Shown: in pieces, positions 31,271 to 42,220 of the stretch
Layout: every line of letters begins with the position of its first letter
How positions within the stretch are numbered: position 1 is the stretch's first letter
Assembly (NCBI GenBank): GCA_965261165.1
Contig: OZ253445.1
Span: forward strand, 845,987 to 909,986
DNA from: Gammaproteobacteria bacterium
GTDB taxonomy: Bacteria; Pseudomonadota; Gammaproteobacteria; Eutrophobiales; Eutrophobiaceae
Reading direction: 5' to 3'
Length of the DNA stretch: 64,000 nt
Notes under the pieces: generated by a model
What the model was told of the DNA's origin: nothing
The model's input: only the letters and a program-made list of their open reading frames with translations
Database searches by the model: none
Program-made: the position numbers and the translations under genes

Positions 31271-34080
31271 ATGACTATTTCTCTTGATGCCTTGGCCTCC
31301 TCCAGCCTTTCTTTTAATTCCAGATTACTCTCTGCAATCTTCATGATATCTCCTCGGTTTAATCTCAATAATGCCGCCTTTTCCTTTATCTTTACTGTCG
31401 CAGTACGAACCTGATCACCCAACAAGGCCATTTCACCAAAAAAATCACCTTCTTTAAGTTCTGCAATCAATTCGCCAGCCTTAAATACAGAGACAACACC
31501 GTGAATAATGATAAACATAGAATTGCCACTTTCGCCTTCTGTCACAACAATATCTCCATGCCTAAATCCAACCAATATTGTCTGCTCAACAATCAGATCC
31601 AATACCTCATTCGATAGCCCGCGCAACAGGGGAACTAGGCCAACCAAATCCATTTGCATCTCCCTTCCTTCTTTAATATCAGTTAATCTACGTTTTAATT
31701 CAGTTCCCTCTCTAGCGAGTTGCATGACATCCCGTCTTGTTAATCGCAGCAGTGTTGATGGGTGTTTCGCTTTGACCGTTGCCATCCTGACTTGATCTCC
31801 CAATAAAGCCATCTCACCAAAAAAATCACCATCACTCAATACAGCAACCTCTTTATTGTCCTTATATACAGAGACAATACCATGGGCAATGATATAAAGT
31901 GCATTGCCACGTTCGCCTTCGCCGATAATGATATCGTCCGCTAAAAATGTCACCGGCTTTGCATGCCCTGAAAGTTGTCCCAGTACTTCTGTTGGTAAGC
32001 CATTCAGTAGGGGTACTGTGCCAATCAAATCACTGGCATCAAGCCTGGGTGCTGCATCCGTAATAGGAGGCAAGGCTGAGATCGCCTCATAAATTATCCT
32101 TTTAATTCGGGCAAGTGCCTTTGCGCCAATTTCACCATCATGGCGATCTTGTTCTGCATGCAAACGCGCTGCAGTCAGTGCAACTTGGGTAAATAAATTG
32201 GTTTCAAATCTCACATAAAAATCTGGAAAATCCTCAGCAATTTCCTGTAATCGAGAACGACGTCTTTGCAGACGTTCACGATATTTCCCAGCAATCCTCT
32301 CTCTTCCCACTTCGCCAACTTCAGGATGTGTATCAAGCATCTCCAGCACTGATGAACAAATTAATACTCCAGCAATATCACGCTGCATCCTATGCGCCAA
32401 ACGTGTATTTTGATAGCGTGATAATAACCATGCCGCCCAATCATGCTCCCTTATTCTTTTTAACAGGGCATTTTCCATCGCCGCAAATAGACCTGTTTTA
32501 CTGGCAAAATCAGATGACGTGCCTGGGGCTTCATTAGCAGCAATCTTTTCCCTGTCGCGTTGGATATTATTTCTGATATCCAGATAGGTGTAATGCTGTA
32601 TCAGGTTAATATCATGTAATTTCTTTAACTCATCGAACTCAGTCCTCAATGCACTAAAACGCAAATGCTTTATGCCCTGCCTCTTTTGAATATCAGGAAT
32701 ATCAGAGCTAAACATTTCATATATATTTTTATGAATAAGTTGCTCGGTACTTCGTGAAACAATCCCTGCCTTGTAAAATCTATCGATGAGTGCAGATGAT
32801 TCTTTGCCTGCATGTATGATTCCCTGTTTCAGTTCAGCCAATTCGTCGTTTGTTAATCTATCTATCCGCAATTTTTGTATCAGTGGCTTGATCGTCGGAG
32901 CATTAACCAACAGTGAAAACATTACAACACCCAATGTTAAATCCAGCAATAAATCCCGACCTGGAAGATATTCAGGAACTGATAAAACAATTGCGATTGC
33001 TAATCCGCCTTTAATGCCGCCCCACCACATAATGTGCCGTTCACCAAGACTGACATGCGGCAAGGAGAACCATTTAATGGTTAAGGGAATCATGGCATGT
33101 ATCGTTGCAGCACGAGACAGCAACACCAACGATATAGCAATACCGATCACATCCATTCTGGCGACAAGGCGCTCTGCGTCTACTGATAATCCAACCAGTA
33201 AAAATAATAGAGAATTACTAACCAGCGCAATCACTTCCCAGGTTTCCTTGACCGTATAAATTGCAGCCTGTGAAATACGCGGAACCCATAACATGCCCAT
33301 GGTAATAGCGGAAGCGACTACCGCCATTACGCCTGAAACATGCAACAAATGTTCGGCAACGATAAAGCATACATAAGCAACAACAATCGTCATAATCATG
33401 AATGCACTCGAGCTTGAGAAAAGTCTGTGCAAAAATTCGCTAAACACAAAACCAATCACGGCTCCTACCAAAGCACCCCCAATAAAGACTTCAAAGAAAT
33501 CCAGTACAGCACTGCCAGCATCTGCCCAAGTAAACGCTGCACCACTCAATGCAAATATAAGAATAATCTTGAAGACAACGATCGCGGTGGCATCATTTAG
33601 CAATGACTCGCCTTCAACAAGAATCCTCAGTCTTTCTGGCACACCCAGTTCCTTAAACAAGGAGATAACGGCAACAGGGTCAGTTGCTGAAATTAAAGCA
33701 CCAAATAACAGCGCCAATACCAAATCCACTTTTAGGAAAAACCAGAGGCCTATCCCAATGAAGGCCGTGGAAATAAGCAGTGCCGGGACAGCCAGAACCA
33801 AAACAGGTAACAAATCCTTAACTAGCTGTCTGGCATTTAAGTTAAATGCGGACTCAAATATCAAGGCAGGCAAAAATAAGAATAAAACGATATCTGGAGC
33901 TAGTTGAAAATCAAGTAACACATGCATGGACTCATGATTTCTAGCAAAAGAACCCAGCACAATTCCAATGATCACCAGAAAAACGGTATAGGGAATAGGT
34001 GTATTATGACAAATGCCAGATGCCAACATGGCGATCGTCAACAAGCCCATAATAATCAGGATGGCTTCTGATAAAGGCAT
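31267..34080 (-). CDS. CPA1-family Na+/H+ exchanger fused to two C-terminal cyclic-nucleotide-binding (CAP-family) domains
   Basis: 937 aa; N-terminal ~420-aa polytopic NhaP-type domain; two copies of cNMP-binding motifs (...FGEMALLGDQVRMATVKA... and ...FGEMALLGDQVRTATVKI...). Confidence 0.8.
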   Translation of the reverse strand: MPLSEAILIIMGLLTIAMLASGICHNTPIPYTVFLVIIGIVLGSFARNHESMHVLLDFQLAPDIVLFLFLPALIFESAFNLNARQLVKDLLPVLVLAVPALLISTAFIGIGLWFFLKVDLVLALLFGALISATDPVAVISLFKELGVPERLRILVEGESLLNDATAIVVFKIILIFALSGAAFTWADAGSAVLDFFEVFIGGALVGAVIGFVFSEFLHRLFSSSSAFMIMTIVVAYVCFIVAEHLLHVSGVMAVVASAITMGMLWVPRISQAAIYTVKETWEVIALVSNSLLFLLVGLSVDAERLVARMDVIGIAISLVLLSRAATIHAMIPLTIKWFSLPHVSLGERHIMWWGGIKGGLAIAIVLSVPEYLPGRDLLLDLTLGVVMFSLLVNAPTIKPLIQKLRIDRLTNDELAELKQGIIHAGKESSALIDRFYKAGIVSRSTEQLIHKNIYEMFSSDIPDIQKRQGIKHLRFSALRTEFDELKKLHDINLIQHYTYLDIRNNIQRDREKIAANEAPGTSSDFASKTGLFAAMENALLKRIREHDWAAWLLSRYQNTRLAHRMQRDIAGVLICSSVLEMLDTHPEVGEVGRERIAGKYRERLQRRRSRLQEIAEDFPDFYVRFETNLFTQVALTAARLHAEQDRHDGEIGAKALARIKRIIYEAISALPPITDAAPRLDASDLIGTVPLLNGLPTEVLGQLSGHAKPVTFLADDIIIGEGERGNALYIIAHGIVSVYKDNKEVAVLSDGDFFGEMALLGDQVRMATVKAKHPSTLLRLTRRDVMQLAREGTELKRRLTDIKEGREMQMDLVGLVPLLRGLSNEVLDLIVEQTILVGFRHGDIVVTEGESGNSMFIIIHGVVSVFKAGELIAELKEGDFFGEMALLGDQVRTATVKIKEKAALLRLNRGDIMKIAESNLELKERLEEAKASREIVI

Positions 34081-34169
34081 TTTAAAGTTCTCCCCCTAAC
34101 CCTTTTAAATCGAGTTATAACCGAAAGCGGTGCATGAGCAGTTGAAGAAAAGCGGCATATCTGATTAAT

Positions 34170-34500
34170 TTGTCGCTACCACAACTTCAACTTAATAAAG
34201 GGGATACGCCACTCATAGACAAGAATAACGTGATTTTACTCCAAGGTCGAGCACCTGTTTTCGATCCATTAACCGAACTGTTTCAATCAGGGGCAAGACA
34301 ATTGATACATCAAGCTGTTGAGGCGGAACTCAACGAGTTTATGGGGCAGTTGCCAGTCAGCAAACTGACTCCAGTCAAGTTGTGACCGTGCAAAATGGCT
34401 GCCAACCTGAACCTAACGTACAGGGATGGGAGCCGTGTCGGTCAAGATACCGAAGGTGCGCTCTTGATCGGAAGACATCCATTCCGTCTTAAATTACTTC
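34170..34500 (+). pseudogene. IS256-family (mutator-type) transposase, N-terminal fragment only, frameshifted remnant
   Basis: ...VFDPLTELFQSGARQLIHQAVEAELNEFMGQL... matches the conserved N-terminus of IS256-family transposases. The ORF terminates after ~70 aa, and a second weakly similar piece continues in another frame to about 34500. A 9-bp-arm palindrome tacttcttttaaagaagta lies at about 34488-34512. Confidence 0.45.
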
Positions 34501-34857
34501 TTTTAAAGAAGTAATCCATCACTGCAATATTTTTTAGCTATTTCTAATTCTACTGGAATTGGTTCTTTGGCTACTATTTTTTCTTAAAAAACATATATAA
34601 CTGGTCTTGAAAATGTGATATTTATACATTTACAGCAGGTGGGGGTGAGATCTCAGTAGCTATTTTTTTGTACATAAAAACCAATTACTTGCCATTTTAA
34701 CTGCCATTAGTTAGAAATCACTGGTAAAATGGCACAAACAAGGAAAGTAAAGCTAAAAAAGCTTACCTTAGCTTAAGGTAAGACGCATAAGCTTGCGGTC
34801 GAGACGTGAGTTAGACATACTTGAATATATTTAAAAAATTGTAAGGAGGACTTAATA

Positions 34858-35241
34858 ATGGCAAAACAAGATTTGTATAAGGAGTGCATTGAGGATATTA
34901 AATCTGGAACTGAAGGGTTATACGCTGTTTCGGTTGTCGAAATTGCATCAGGCTTAGCTTTAGGTACCTTTACTGATGGGACACTGGATCCAGAGATTGC
35001 CAGTGCTCATAATGTAGAAGTGGTCAAATCAAAGCTAAAAGCTATTGACGCATTAGGACTAAAAGAAAAGATTGACGACATATTGATCACCCTCACTTAT
35101 CAATACCATTTAATTAACTGCAATGATGAAGGTACGCACATGATCTATGTAGCAGCAAGTAGAACCAAAGCAAATCTTGCAATTTTAAGAAATCTTGCAA
35201 GAAATGCCGTTAAAAAACTGGACAGTGGTTTAGCATCATAA
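34858..35241 (+). CDS. hypothetical protein, possibly roadblock/LC7-like
   Basis: 127 aa; strong Shine-Dalgarno AAGGAGGA 7 nt upstream; LYAVSVVEIASGLALGTFTDG resembles the roadblock/LC7 (MglB-like) fold, but the similarity is weak. Confidence 0.4.
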   Translation: MAKQDLYKECIEDIKSGTEGLYAVSVVEIASGLALGTFTDGTLDPEIASAHNVEVVKSKLKAIDALGLKEKIDDILITLTYQYHLINCNDEGTHMIYVAASRTKANLAILRNLARNAVKKLDSGLAS

Positions 35242-35439
35242 CGAATTTGGTATTAGAAAAAAGTGTAAATAATTTCTTGAAATTGATCGTATGGCAATCA
35301 GAATAAAGTCAATCATTTCAAAAAAGTAATTAGGTGATAGTAACTTTCAAGCGACGACGCGGTGCTCGCTCTAGTTTGGATAGGGGTTTTTTGCCTCTTT
35401 TTCTGTCTACTCAGTTTCTATATATTCTAATGCAAGCCC

Positions 35440-35473
35440 TTACTTATCCTAACTAATTACTTATCCTAACTAA
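35440..35473. repeat. 17-bp direct tandem repeat (ttacttatcctaactaa x2)
   Basis: Exact duplication read directly, 160 bp from the 3' end of the tRNA-Met. Confidence 0.5.
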
Positions 35474-35631
35474 TTGCCACACCGACTCGCAAAATTTGCC
35501 TGATTTGATAACGCCACAATTGTTGTCTAAATGCTTTGCTCGTGTTAATGACAATCCTGAACAGTGACTCAAAAAAAAGGCGCAACGTTCTATATGTTTC
35601 GCTTAGGTAATCGGCAAGTCTTTGCTTCAAT

Positions 35632-35708
35632 TGGTGGCTATGGGTAGACTTGAACTACCGACCCCAGCGTTATGAGTGCTGTGCTCTAACCAGCTGAGCT
35701 ACATAGCC
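35632..35708 (-). tRNA. tRNA-Met (CAT anticodon, elongator type)
   Basis: The reverse complement GGCTATGTAGCTCAGCTGGTTAGAGCACAGCACTCATAACGCTGGGGTCGGTAGTTCAAGTCTACCCATAGCCACCA folds as a cloverleaf with anticodon CAT and encoded CCA; close to E. coli elongator tRNA-Met. Confidence 0.85.
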
Positions 35709-36139
35709 ATACTATATGAAATTCCATGTTGAAAACCTAGAGAATGATGAACTCAGGGATGCGGAATTTTCCAGTGAGCGCAGGGTTTTGTCAAGGGGTC
35801 TTGCTATCTCGTGCCGAAAAAGTAATCGTCGGGATTGAGGCAAACCAGAACAATTTTCCTGCCCTTAACATCTTCGGCAATGGCCGTAACAGAGTCATTA
35901 ATAATGTAAAGGTCAGTGTTGAGATCTCCTTAAAATTTTACGATGATATTTTTTGCCAGATATTCTTTAATTAATGACATCGATCAAGAAAAGAGTTTGA
36001 TCATGTTTGTCCATTTGTGCTCATAAACACTTTGACCCGATTTAGTAAGCATGGCTTGAACGCTCTTTCAAAAATGTTCCTGCTAAACGACGAACCATGT
36101 TATTCTTTTTTCAGAGAATCAACCAACCCGGAGAGGCAA

Positions 36140-36559
36140 ATGGAGACACAGCTCAAATGGGCAGGTAATGCGGCATTCATCGGTAGGGCATCGACTGGAC
36201 ACACTATTGTCATGGATGGGCCAGCTAAAGGTGGTGGTCGAAACCTTGGTCCCAGGCCAATGGAGATGCTGATTCTTGGGATGGGGGCATGTAGTACATA
36301 TGATGTTGTTTCAATATTAAAAAAGTCACGCCAGGAAATCACCGATTGCGAGGTAAAGATTACATCACAACGTACGGATAGCGACCCTAAAGTATTTACA
36401 GAGATTCAGTTGCACTTTATTGTTAGCGGCAAAGACCTTAAAGAAAAGCAAGTTGAACGAGCCATAAGACTTTCGGCAGAAAAATATTGTTCTGCTTCAA
36501 TCATGTTGGGTGCGACTGCAAATATTACGCATGATTTTGAGATTGTTAATATAGCTTGA
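36140..36559 (+). CDS. OsmC/Ohr-family peroxiredoxin-like protein
   Basis: OsmC-like domain with conserved Cys (GMGACSTYD...); start assigned to the internal Met METQLKW, since the upstream part of the ORF lacks a ribosome-binding site. Confidence 0.75.
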   Translation: METQLKWAGNAAFIGRASTGHTIVMDGPAKGGGRNLGPRPMEMLILGMGACSTYDVVSILKKSRQEITDCEVKITSQRTDSDPKVFTEIQLHFIVSGKDLKEKQVERAIRLSAEKYCSASIMLGATANITHDFEIVNIA

Positions 36560-37026
36560 GACCTTTGCATCATTCACACTGATTCTACCGAAACAGGTAA
36601 AATAAGACCATTCTAAGAACCTTAAAGATTATTTATCCATGTGCTGGGAAAAACTGCCCAAGGTTCGTTCACAGATATGCCTTTAGTAGGATATAAATCA
36701 TTGTTTGAACTAGATGCTGCACAGAGAGATTATCAATTGGAAACAGATCAAAACAATATTCAGTCATCTTTATGCTTCCCGGCATCCCCGCCCTAGTTGA
36801 TGTTTAAGACGCTCATCTTGCCAGTATGGCCAGCATGGATATGGCCTAAGTGATGCGGCGATTGAGGGAAAATTCTCGCAAAACGAAACCTTTTCATACA
36901 AACTTTATAAAAAATGATATTACCTATAATATTTTGTTCAGTAGTTTTGAATGATGCAAAAATTCTCAATGGGTGAGAGAGTTTTTGAATTAGTTATCCG
37001 AGACAGCTTTTTTTTAATTTTAAATC

Positions 37027-37500
37027 ATGCGTTGGAAATCAAGTATCACCGTTACCGCGGTTATAGAATGTGACCAGAAATTTCTTCTGGTTGAAGAAAA
37101 TGCAGATAATCACGTCGTCTTCAATCAGCCTGCGGCCATCTGGAAAAGAATGAAACCCTTATGGAAGCCGCAATAAAGAGAGGTGCTGGAAGAAACTGCC
37201 TGGGAATTTATTCCTCAAACAATTGTGGGCATCTATATGTACCCAAATCAGCACAGTGATATTACTTACCTGCGAGTCTGTTTCTCAGGAACATGTGAGA
37301 ACCATCACCCTGAACAAGCTCTAGATACAGGCATCATCCAGGCCGTGTGGCTCAGTGAGGAGGAAATCAAAGAAAAAAATGGCAAAATGCGCAGTCAAAT
37401 GGTCTCAAAATGCATTAACGACTACCCTTCAGGAAAAAGCTATGCGCTGGAATTACTGCATCATTTTTTACCAGAAGAAATTACTGCATCTCAACAATAG
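37027..37500 (+). pseudogene. NUDIX hydrolase with two compensating 1-nt indels inside the Nudix box
   Basis: The expected ...FNQPAGHLEKNETLMEAAIREVLEETAWEF... is recovered only by adding a G in the G-run near 37133 and removing an A from the A-run near 37176; as written, the frame hits TAA at 37174-37176. Confidence 0.6.
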
Positions 37501-37510
37501 ACCCATTTAA

Positions 37511-38596
37511 ATGTCTAAAGGAAAAATTATTGTTGGCATCTCTGGTGGTGTTGATTCTTCCGTCGCCGCCCTACTTCTGAGGGAGCAGGGTTATGATGTT
37601 GAAGGATTATTCATGAAAAACTGGGAAGAACAGTTGCCTGGAGGCGAATGCATGTGGGAAGCTGATATTGAGGATGCGATGCAGATCTGTGACCGGCTTG
37701 ATATCCCTATCAATACGGTCGATTTAGCTAATGATTACTGGGATAAAGTGTTTAGTAATTTTCTGGAGGAATACAAACGTGGGCGGACACCTAATCCTGA
37801 TGTCCTATGCAATCAGGAGATCAAATTCAGCGCATTTTTAACCCATGCCACCAATTTAGGTGCCAAAAAAATTGCCACTGGGCATTACGCCTGCGCCACT
37901 GAAGTTAATGGTCACTTTCAACTAAGGAAGGGGTTGGATAACAATAAAGATCAAAGTTATTTTCTATGCCGGCTAAATCAGGAACAACTAAACCTAAGTC
38001 TTTTCCCAATTGGTGAGTTTGAAAAGCACGAAGTACGAGAACTCGCTAAGAAAGCTGGATTTCAGACACATGATAAAAAGGATAGCACCGGAATCTGTTT
38101 TGTCGGTGAACGCCCTTTCAGAGAATTCCTTTCACGTTATCTTCCCGAAAAAATGGGCGAAATACAGACACCTGATGGTAAGGTCATCGGACAGCATAAT
38201 GGCGTATTCTATTACACATTGGGACAACGGCAAGGACTTGGTATCGGTGGTGTTCAAGGTGCGCCTGACTCGCCTTGGTACATATACAAAAAAGACATTG
38301 AAAACAATATTCTGTTTGCCGTACAGGGTCATGACCACGAACTGTTACACAGTCAGAGATTAACAACCACAGACATCAATTGGGTTAGCGGACTTGCACA
38401 CAATGCACCATTTAGATGTGCTGCTAAAACACGCTATCGACAGGCGGCTCAGGCTTGCACAATTGCACGCATTGAAGATGATAGTTATTCAGTCACCTTT
38501 GACAATGCTCAACGTGCAGTGACGCCAGGACAATTTGTGGTCTTTTATGATAGAGATATCTGCTTGGGAGGAGGCATCATAGAGAACACTGATTAA
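37511..38596 (+). CDS. mnmA: tRNA-specific 2-thiouridylase
   Basis: 361 aa; PP-loop SGGVDSSV; full-length MnmA. Confidence 0.9.
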   Translation: MSKGKIIVGISGGVDSSVAALLLREQGYDVEGLFMKNWEEQLPGGECMWEADIEDAMQICDRLDIPINTVDLANDYWDKVFSNFLEEYKRGRTPNPDVLCNQEIKFSAFLTHATNLGAKKIATGHYACATEVNGHFQLRKGLDNNKDQSYFLCRLNQEQLNLSLFPIGEFEKHEVRELAKKAGFQTHDKKDSTGICFVGERPFREFLSRYLPEKMGEIQTPDGKVIGQHNGVFYYTLGQRQGLGIGGVQGAPDSPWYIYKKDIENNILFAVQGHDHELLHSQRLTTTDINWVSGLAHNAPFRCAAKTRYRQAAQACTIARIEDDSYSVTFDNAQRAVTPGQFVVFYDRDICLGGGIIENTD

Positions 38597-38851
38597 AAAC
38601 CTTTTAAATACAACCATATCCATCTAAATACTTTAAATTAACGTTATTTGTCGCTATTTGTTAATAAAATTATTTGTCTCTATGCCCGCATATTTTGCAG
38701 CGTAGCGAGGGCATTTCTTGTACAATTTCCCTAACTCATAATTATTAAGGCATGGTCATAAGCAAGCAGGTCGAAAATACCAAGCCTGTAGTCTCGGCTT
38801 TATGGCCATTAATCAAAATAATTGCATTAATCTAAGGTTAGGAGATTAGGA

Positions 38852-41470
38852 ATGGTACTTGAAGCATGTCGTAAACATGTGGCGGAAAGGGCTGCACAAG
38901 GCATCGTGCCACAACCGCTTAATGAGGAACAAACGGCCTCTTTAGTCAATCTGCTAAAGAACCCTCCCGCTGGAGAAGAAAAATTTATCCTAGATCTCAT
39001 TACCAATCGCGTGCCAGCTGGTGTCGATCAGGCCGCTTACGTTAAGGCTGGCTTCCTGGCCGCCATCAGTAAAGGCGAGACAGAATCTCCGCTCATCAAT
39101 AAAGTGAAGGCAATCGAACTACTGGGCACCATGCTCGGTGGTTACAACATCGCTCCCATGATTGATGCGCTGGATAATGAAGCACTCGCACCTACCGCAG
39201 TCAATGCCCTGTCACATACCTTGTTGATGTTTGATACATTCCATGATGTTAAGGAAAAAATGGATGCTGGAAATCAATATGCCAAACAAGTTATAGAATC
39301 ATGGGCTGAAGGCAAATGGTTTACCAGCAAACTAAAATTGGCTGAGAAGATTACCGTGACCGTATTCAAGGTGACTGGCGAAACCAATACTGACGATCTT
39401 TCGCCAGCACCGGATGCGTGGTCACGTCCTGATATCCCGCTACATGCACAGGCTATGCTAAAGATGGAACGTGATGGCATAGAGCCTGATAAAGCAGGCG
39501 ATATTGGCCCAATTAAGCAAATAAAAACACTGAAAGAAAAAGGTCATCCGCTTGCCTATGTCGGCGATGTTGTTGGTACCGGCTCTTCACGCAAGTCGGC
39601 GGCTAACTCTGTCTTATGGCATATAGGAGATGATATTCCCTTTATTCCAAACAAACGTATTGGTGGCTATTGTCTCGGCAGTAAGATTGCGCCCATCTTT
39701 TTTAACACCATGGAAGACTCAGGAGCGCTACCCATAGAATGTGATGTCACAAAATTAAATATGGGTGATGTCATTGATATCTATCCTTATGAAGGCATCA
39801 TTAAAAAGAATGAATCAGATACAACACTCTGTGAGTTTTCGCTGAAAACTGATATTTTACTGGATGAAGTTCAGGCAGGGGGTCGTATTCCACTGATTAT
39901 CGGACGTGGACTGACAACTCGTGCTCGTGAGGCGCTGGCTGTGGGTGAAACAGATTTATTCCGTAAACCCGTGCCAGCTGAAGATACAGGCAAAGACTTT
40001 ACGCTAGCCCAAAAAATGGTTGGTAAGGCCTGTGGCGTGGAAGGTATTCGTCCTGACATCTATTGCGAACCTAGGATGACAACCGTTGGCTCACAAGATA
40101 CCACCGGCCCAATGACACGAGATGAACTCAAAGACCTCGCCTGTCTGGGTTTCTCCGCCGATCTAACCCTACAGTCTTTCTGTCACACCGCGGCCTACCC
40201 GAAACCAATTGATGAAATAACTCATCACACCCTGCCTGATTTCATCATGACTCGTGGTGGTGTTTCCTTGCGCCCGGGCGACGGCATTATTCATTCTTGG
40301 CTTAACCGTATGTTGTTACCGGATACCGTCGGTACTGGTGGTGATTCGCATACCCGTTTTCCAATTGGTATTTCATTCCCGGCAGGTTCAGGCCTGGTAG
40401 CCTTTGCCGCTGCAACTGGCGTCATGCCATTGGATATGCCTGAATCCATTCTGGTACGTTTTAAGGGTGCATTACAGCCTGGCATTACCTTACGTGATCT
40501 GGTCAATGCGATACCATTAGAAGCCATAAAAAATGGACTACTTACTGTTGAAAAAGAAGGCAAGGTAAATGCCTTCTCTGGTCGCATTCTTGAGATTGAA
40601 GGTCTGCCCGATCTGAAAATTGAACAAGCATTCGAACTCTCTGATGCATCTGCCGAACGCTCGGCAGCAGGCTGCACCATCAAACTGAACAAAGAACCCA
40701 TCATTGAGTATCTAAATTCTAATATCACCATGTTGCGCTGGATGATCAGCAATGATTATGGCGATCCGCGAACACTAGAACGCCGTGCGCTGGCCATGGA
40801 AGAGTGGGTCAGGAACCCGCAATTGATGGAAGCGGACGAAAATGCTGAATATACTGAGGTCATCGAAATCGATATTTCAGAAATCAAGGAGCCCATCCTC
40901 GCATGCCCCAACGATCCAGATGATGTAAAGACACTGGCTGAAGTTGCTGGCACTAAGATTGATGAAGTCTTCCTTGGTTCATGTATGACTAACATTGGTC
41001 ACTTCCGTGCTGCAGGCAAATTACTTGAACAATACGGAAAGAAAATACCTACCCGCTTATGGGTGGTTCCTCCAACAAAAATGGATGAGAAAAAACTCAA
41101 GGATGAAGGCTATTACGATATCTATGATGCCGCAGGCGCCAGAACGGAGGTGCCAGGTTGCTCCTTATGTATGGGCAATCAGGCGCGTGTTGAGGCGAAA
41201 TCTACAGTCGTCTCAACATCAACACGGAACTTTCCAAATCGCCTAGGAGATGGTGCCAATGTTTATTTATCTTCAGCGGAGATTGCTGCCGTAGTCTCAA
41301 TCCTTGGCAAAATTCCAACTTATGAAGAATACATGCAGTTTGCCAATAAAATTGACCCCATGGCGGATGATATCTATCGCTATCTGAATTTTGATCAAGT
41401 TGATAATTACCAGCAGGCAGCTTACAAAGCTGCCAGCAAGCTAGCTGAAATTGGAGTGAAAGTGGCATAG
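38852..41470 (+). CDS. acnB: aconitate hydratase B
   Basis: 872 aa; N-terminus ...[17 protein letters not shown]...[10 protein letters not shown]... is the AcnB signature. Confidence 0.9.
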   Translation: MVLEACRKHVAERAAQGIVPQPLNEEQTASLVNLLKNPPAGEEKFILDLITNRVPAGVDQAAYVKAGFLAAISKGETESPLINKVKAIELLGTMLGGYNIAPMIDALDNEALAPTAVNALSHTLLMFDTFHDVKEKMDAGNQYAKQVIESWAEGKWFTSKLKLAEKITVTVFKVTGETNTDDLSPAPDAWSRPDIPLHAQAMLKMERDGIEPDKAGDIGPIKQIKTLKEKGHPLAYVGDVVGTGSSRKSAANSVLWHIGDDIPFIPNKRIGGYCLGSKIAPIFFNTMEDSGALPIECDVTKLNMGDVIDIYPYEGIIKKNESDTTLCEFSLKTDILLDEVQAGGRIPLIIGRGLTTRAREALAVGETDLFRKPVPAEDTGKDFTLAQKMVGKACGVEGIRPDIYCEPRMTTVGSQDTTGPMTRDELKDLACLGFSADLTLQSFCHTAAYPKPIDEITHHTLPDFIMTRGGVSLRPGDGIIHSWLNRMLLPDTVGTGGDSHTRFPIGISFPAGSGLVAFAAATGVMPLDMPESILVRFKGALQPGITLRDLVNAIPLEAIKNGLLTVEKEGKVNAFSGRILEIEGLPDLKIEQAFELSDASAERSAAGCTIKLNKEPIIEYLNSNITMLRWMISNDYGDPRTLERRALAMEEWVRNPQLMEADENAEYTEVIEIDISEIKEPILACPNDPDDVKTLAEVAGTKIDEVFLGSCMTNIGHFRAAGKLLEQYGKKIPTRLWVVPPTKMDEKKLKDEGYYDIYDAAGARTEVPGCSLCMGNQARVEAKSTVVSTSTRNFPNRLGDGANVYLSSAEIAAVVSILGKIPTYEEYMQFANKIDPMADDIYRYLNFDQVDNYQQAAYKAASKLAEIGVKVA

Positions 41471-41565
41471 AATTAGAAGGATAATTAAAGAAAGATAAAA
41501 ATGTATGGGTAGAGGATCTCGAATTTTGTAATTTCATCAGAAATTGTTATTGAGCCACTAGATTA

Positions 41566-42036
41566 CTAACAATTCTTTTTTATAAACTCTTCAAATCTCT
41601 TTTCTTCGGCATTGCGTTCTTCGTTAGTCCATATCCTTGGATTATCCGGATCGTCCGTTTTTGTATATAGAGAACTGGCCTCCTTGTTTTTTTTCAAATT
41701 TCTCCTCGCATCAGCACATACTTTCTTTTGTTCTTCTTTCTTCGCTTTTTCTTCTTTCTTCAAAAGAGTTCTTTCTTCACGCTCTTGTGCTATCACATCC
41801 AACAACTTATTTTGTTTTTTATTTTGTTCCTGTACTACCGGATCTAGCACAGGGGTTTTCTTTAATTTGACTTTATCAGCATTATTTGATGTTGGTTTAT
41901 CACCGTAGACGACCTTACCGCTCTCATCAAGCCATTTATAAACCTCTGCATTTACATAGCTTAAACTTAACAGAAAGAAGATAATGGTCAAAAATTTACT
42001 AGAAGCACATCTGTGATTCACTTTAAAGTATGCCAT
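41566..42036 (-). CDS. DUF4124 domain secreted protein with a KE-rich C-terminal region
   Basis: Signal peptide; YKWLDESGKVVYGDKP is the DUF4124 motif. Confidence 0.6.
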   Translation of the reverse strand: MAYFKVNHRCASSKFLTIIFFLLSLSYVNAEVYKWLDESGKVVYGDKPTSNNADKVKLKKTPVLDPVVQEQNKKQNKLLDVIAQEREERTLLKKEEKAKKEEQKKVCADARRNLKKNKEASSLYTKTDDPDNPRIWTNEERNAEEKRFEEFIKKNC

Positions 42037-42220
42037 TTAATTTCTCCAACAAAAAATTTAGACTGAATCCTGTCTAGGTTGTCCTTGCTTTAATGCAACT
42101 CTACCGCTGCTTTAAGTTCCTTGCAAATATTTAGCAAGTTTGGGTGACATCAATCAAAGATTGTGGAACACTTAGGTGCAATGAAATTACATAAAAATCA
42201 GGTTTTCTAAGGAGTTAGAT

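Noticed and set aside
32786-33907. 157-aa and 169-aa plus-strand ORFs inside the antiporter gene
   Set aside because: Antisense to the membrane domain of the 937-aa exchanger; Ser/Thr/Asn-rich, as is typical for such antisense ORFs.
35744-35974. 76-aa plus-strand ORF, and a minus-strand reading ...VTAIAEDVKGRKIVLVCLNPDDYFFGTR*, next to the tRNA
   Set aside because: No start codon or ribosome-binding site for either; probably further decayed coding debris of the element at the tRNA-Met. Too weak to call.
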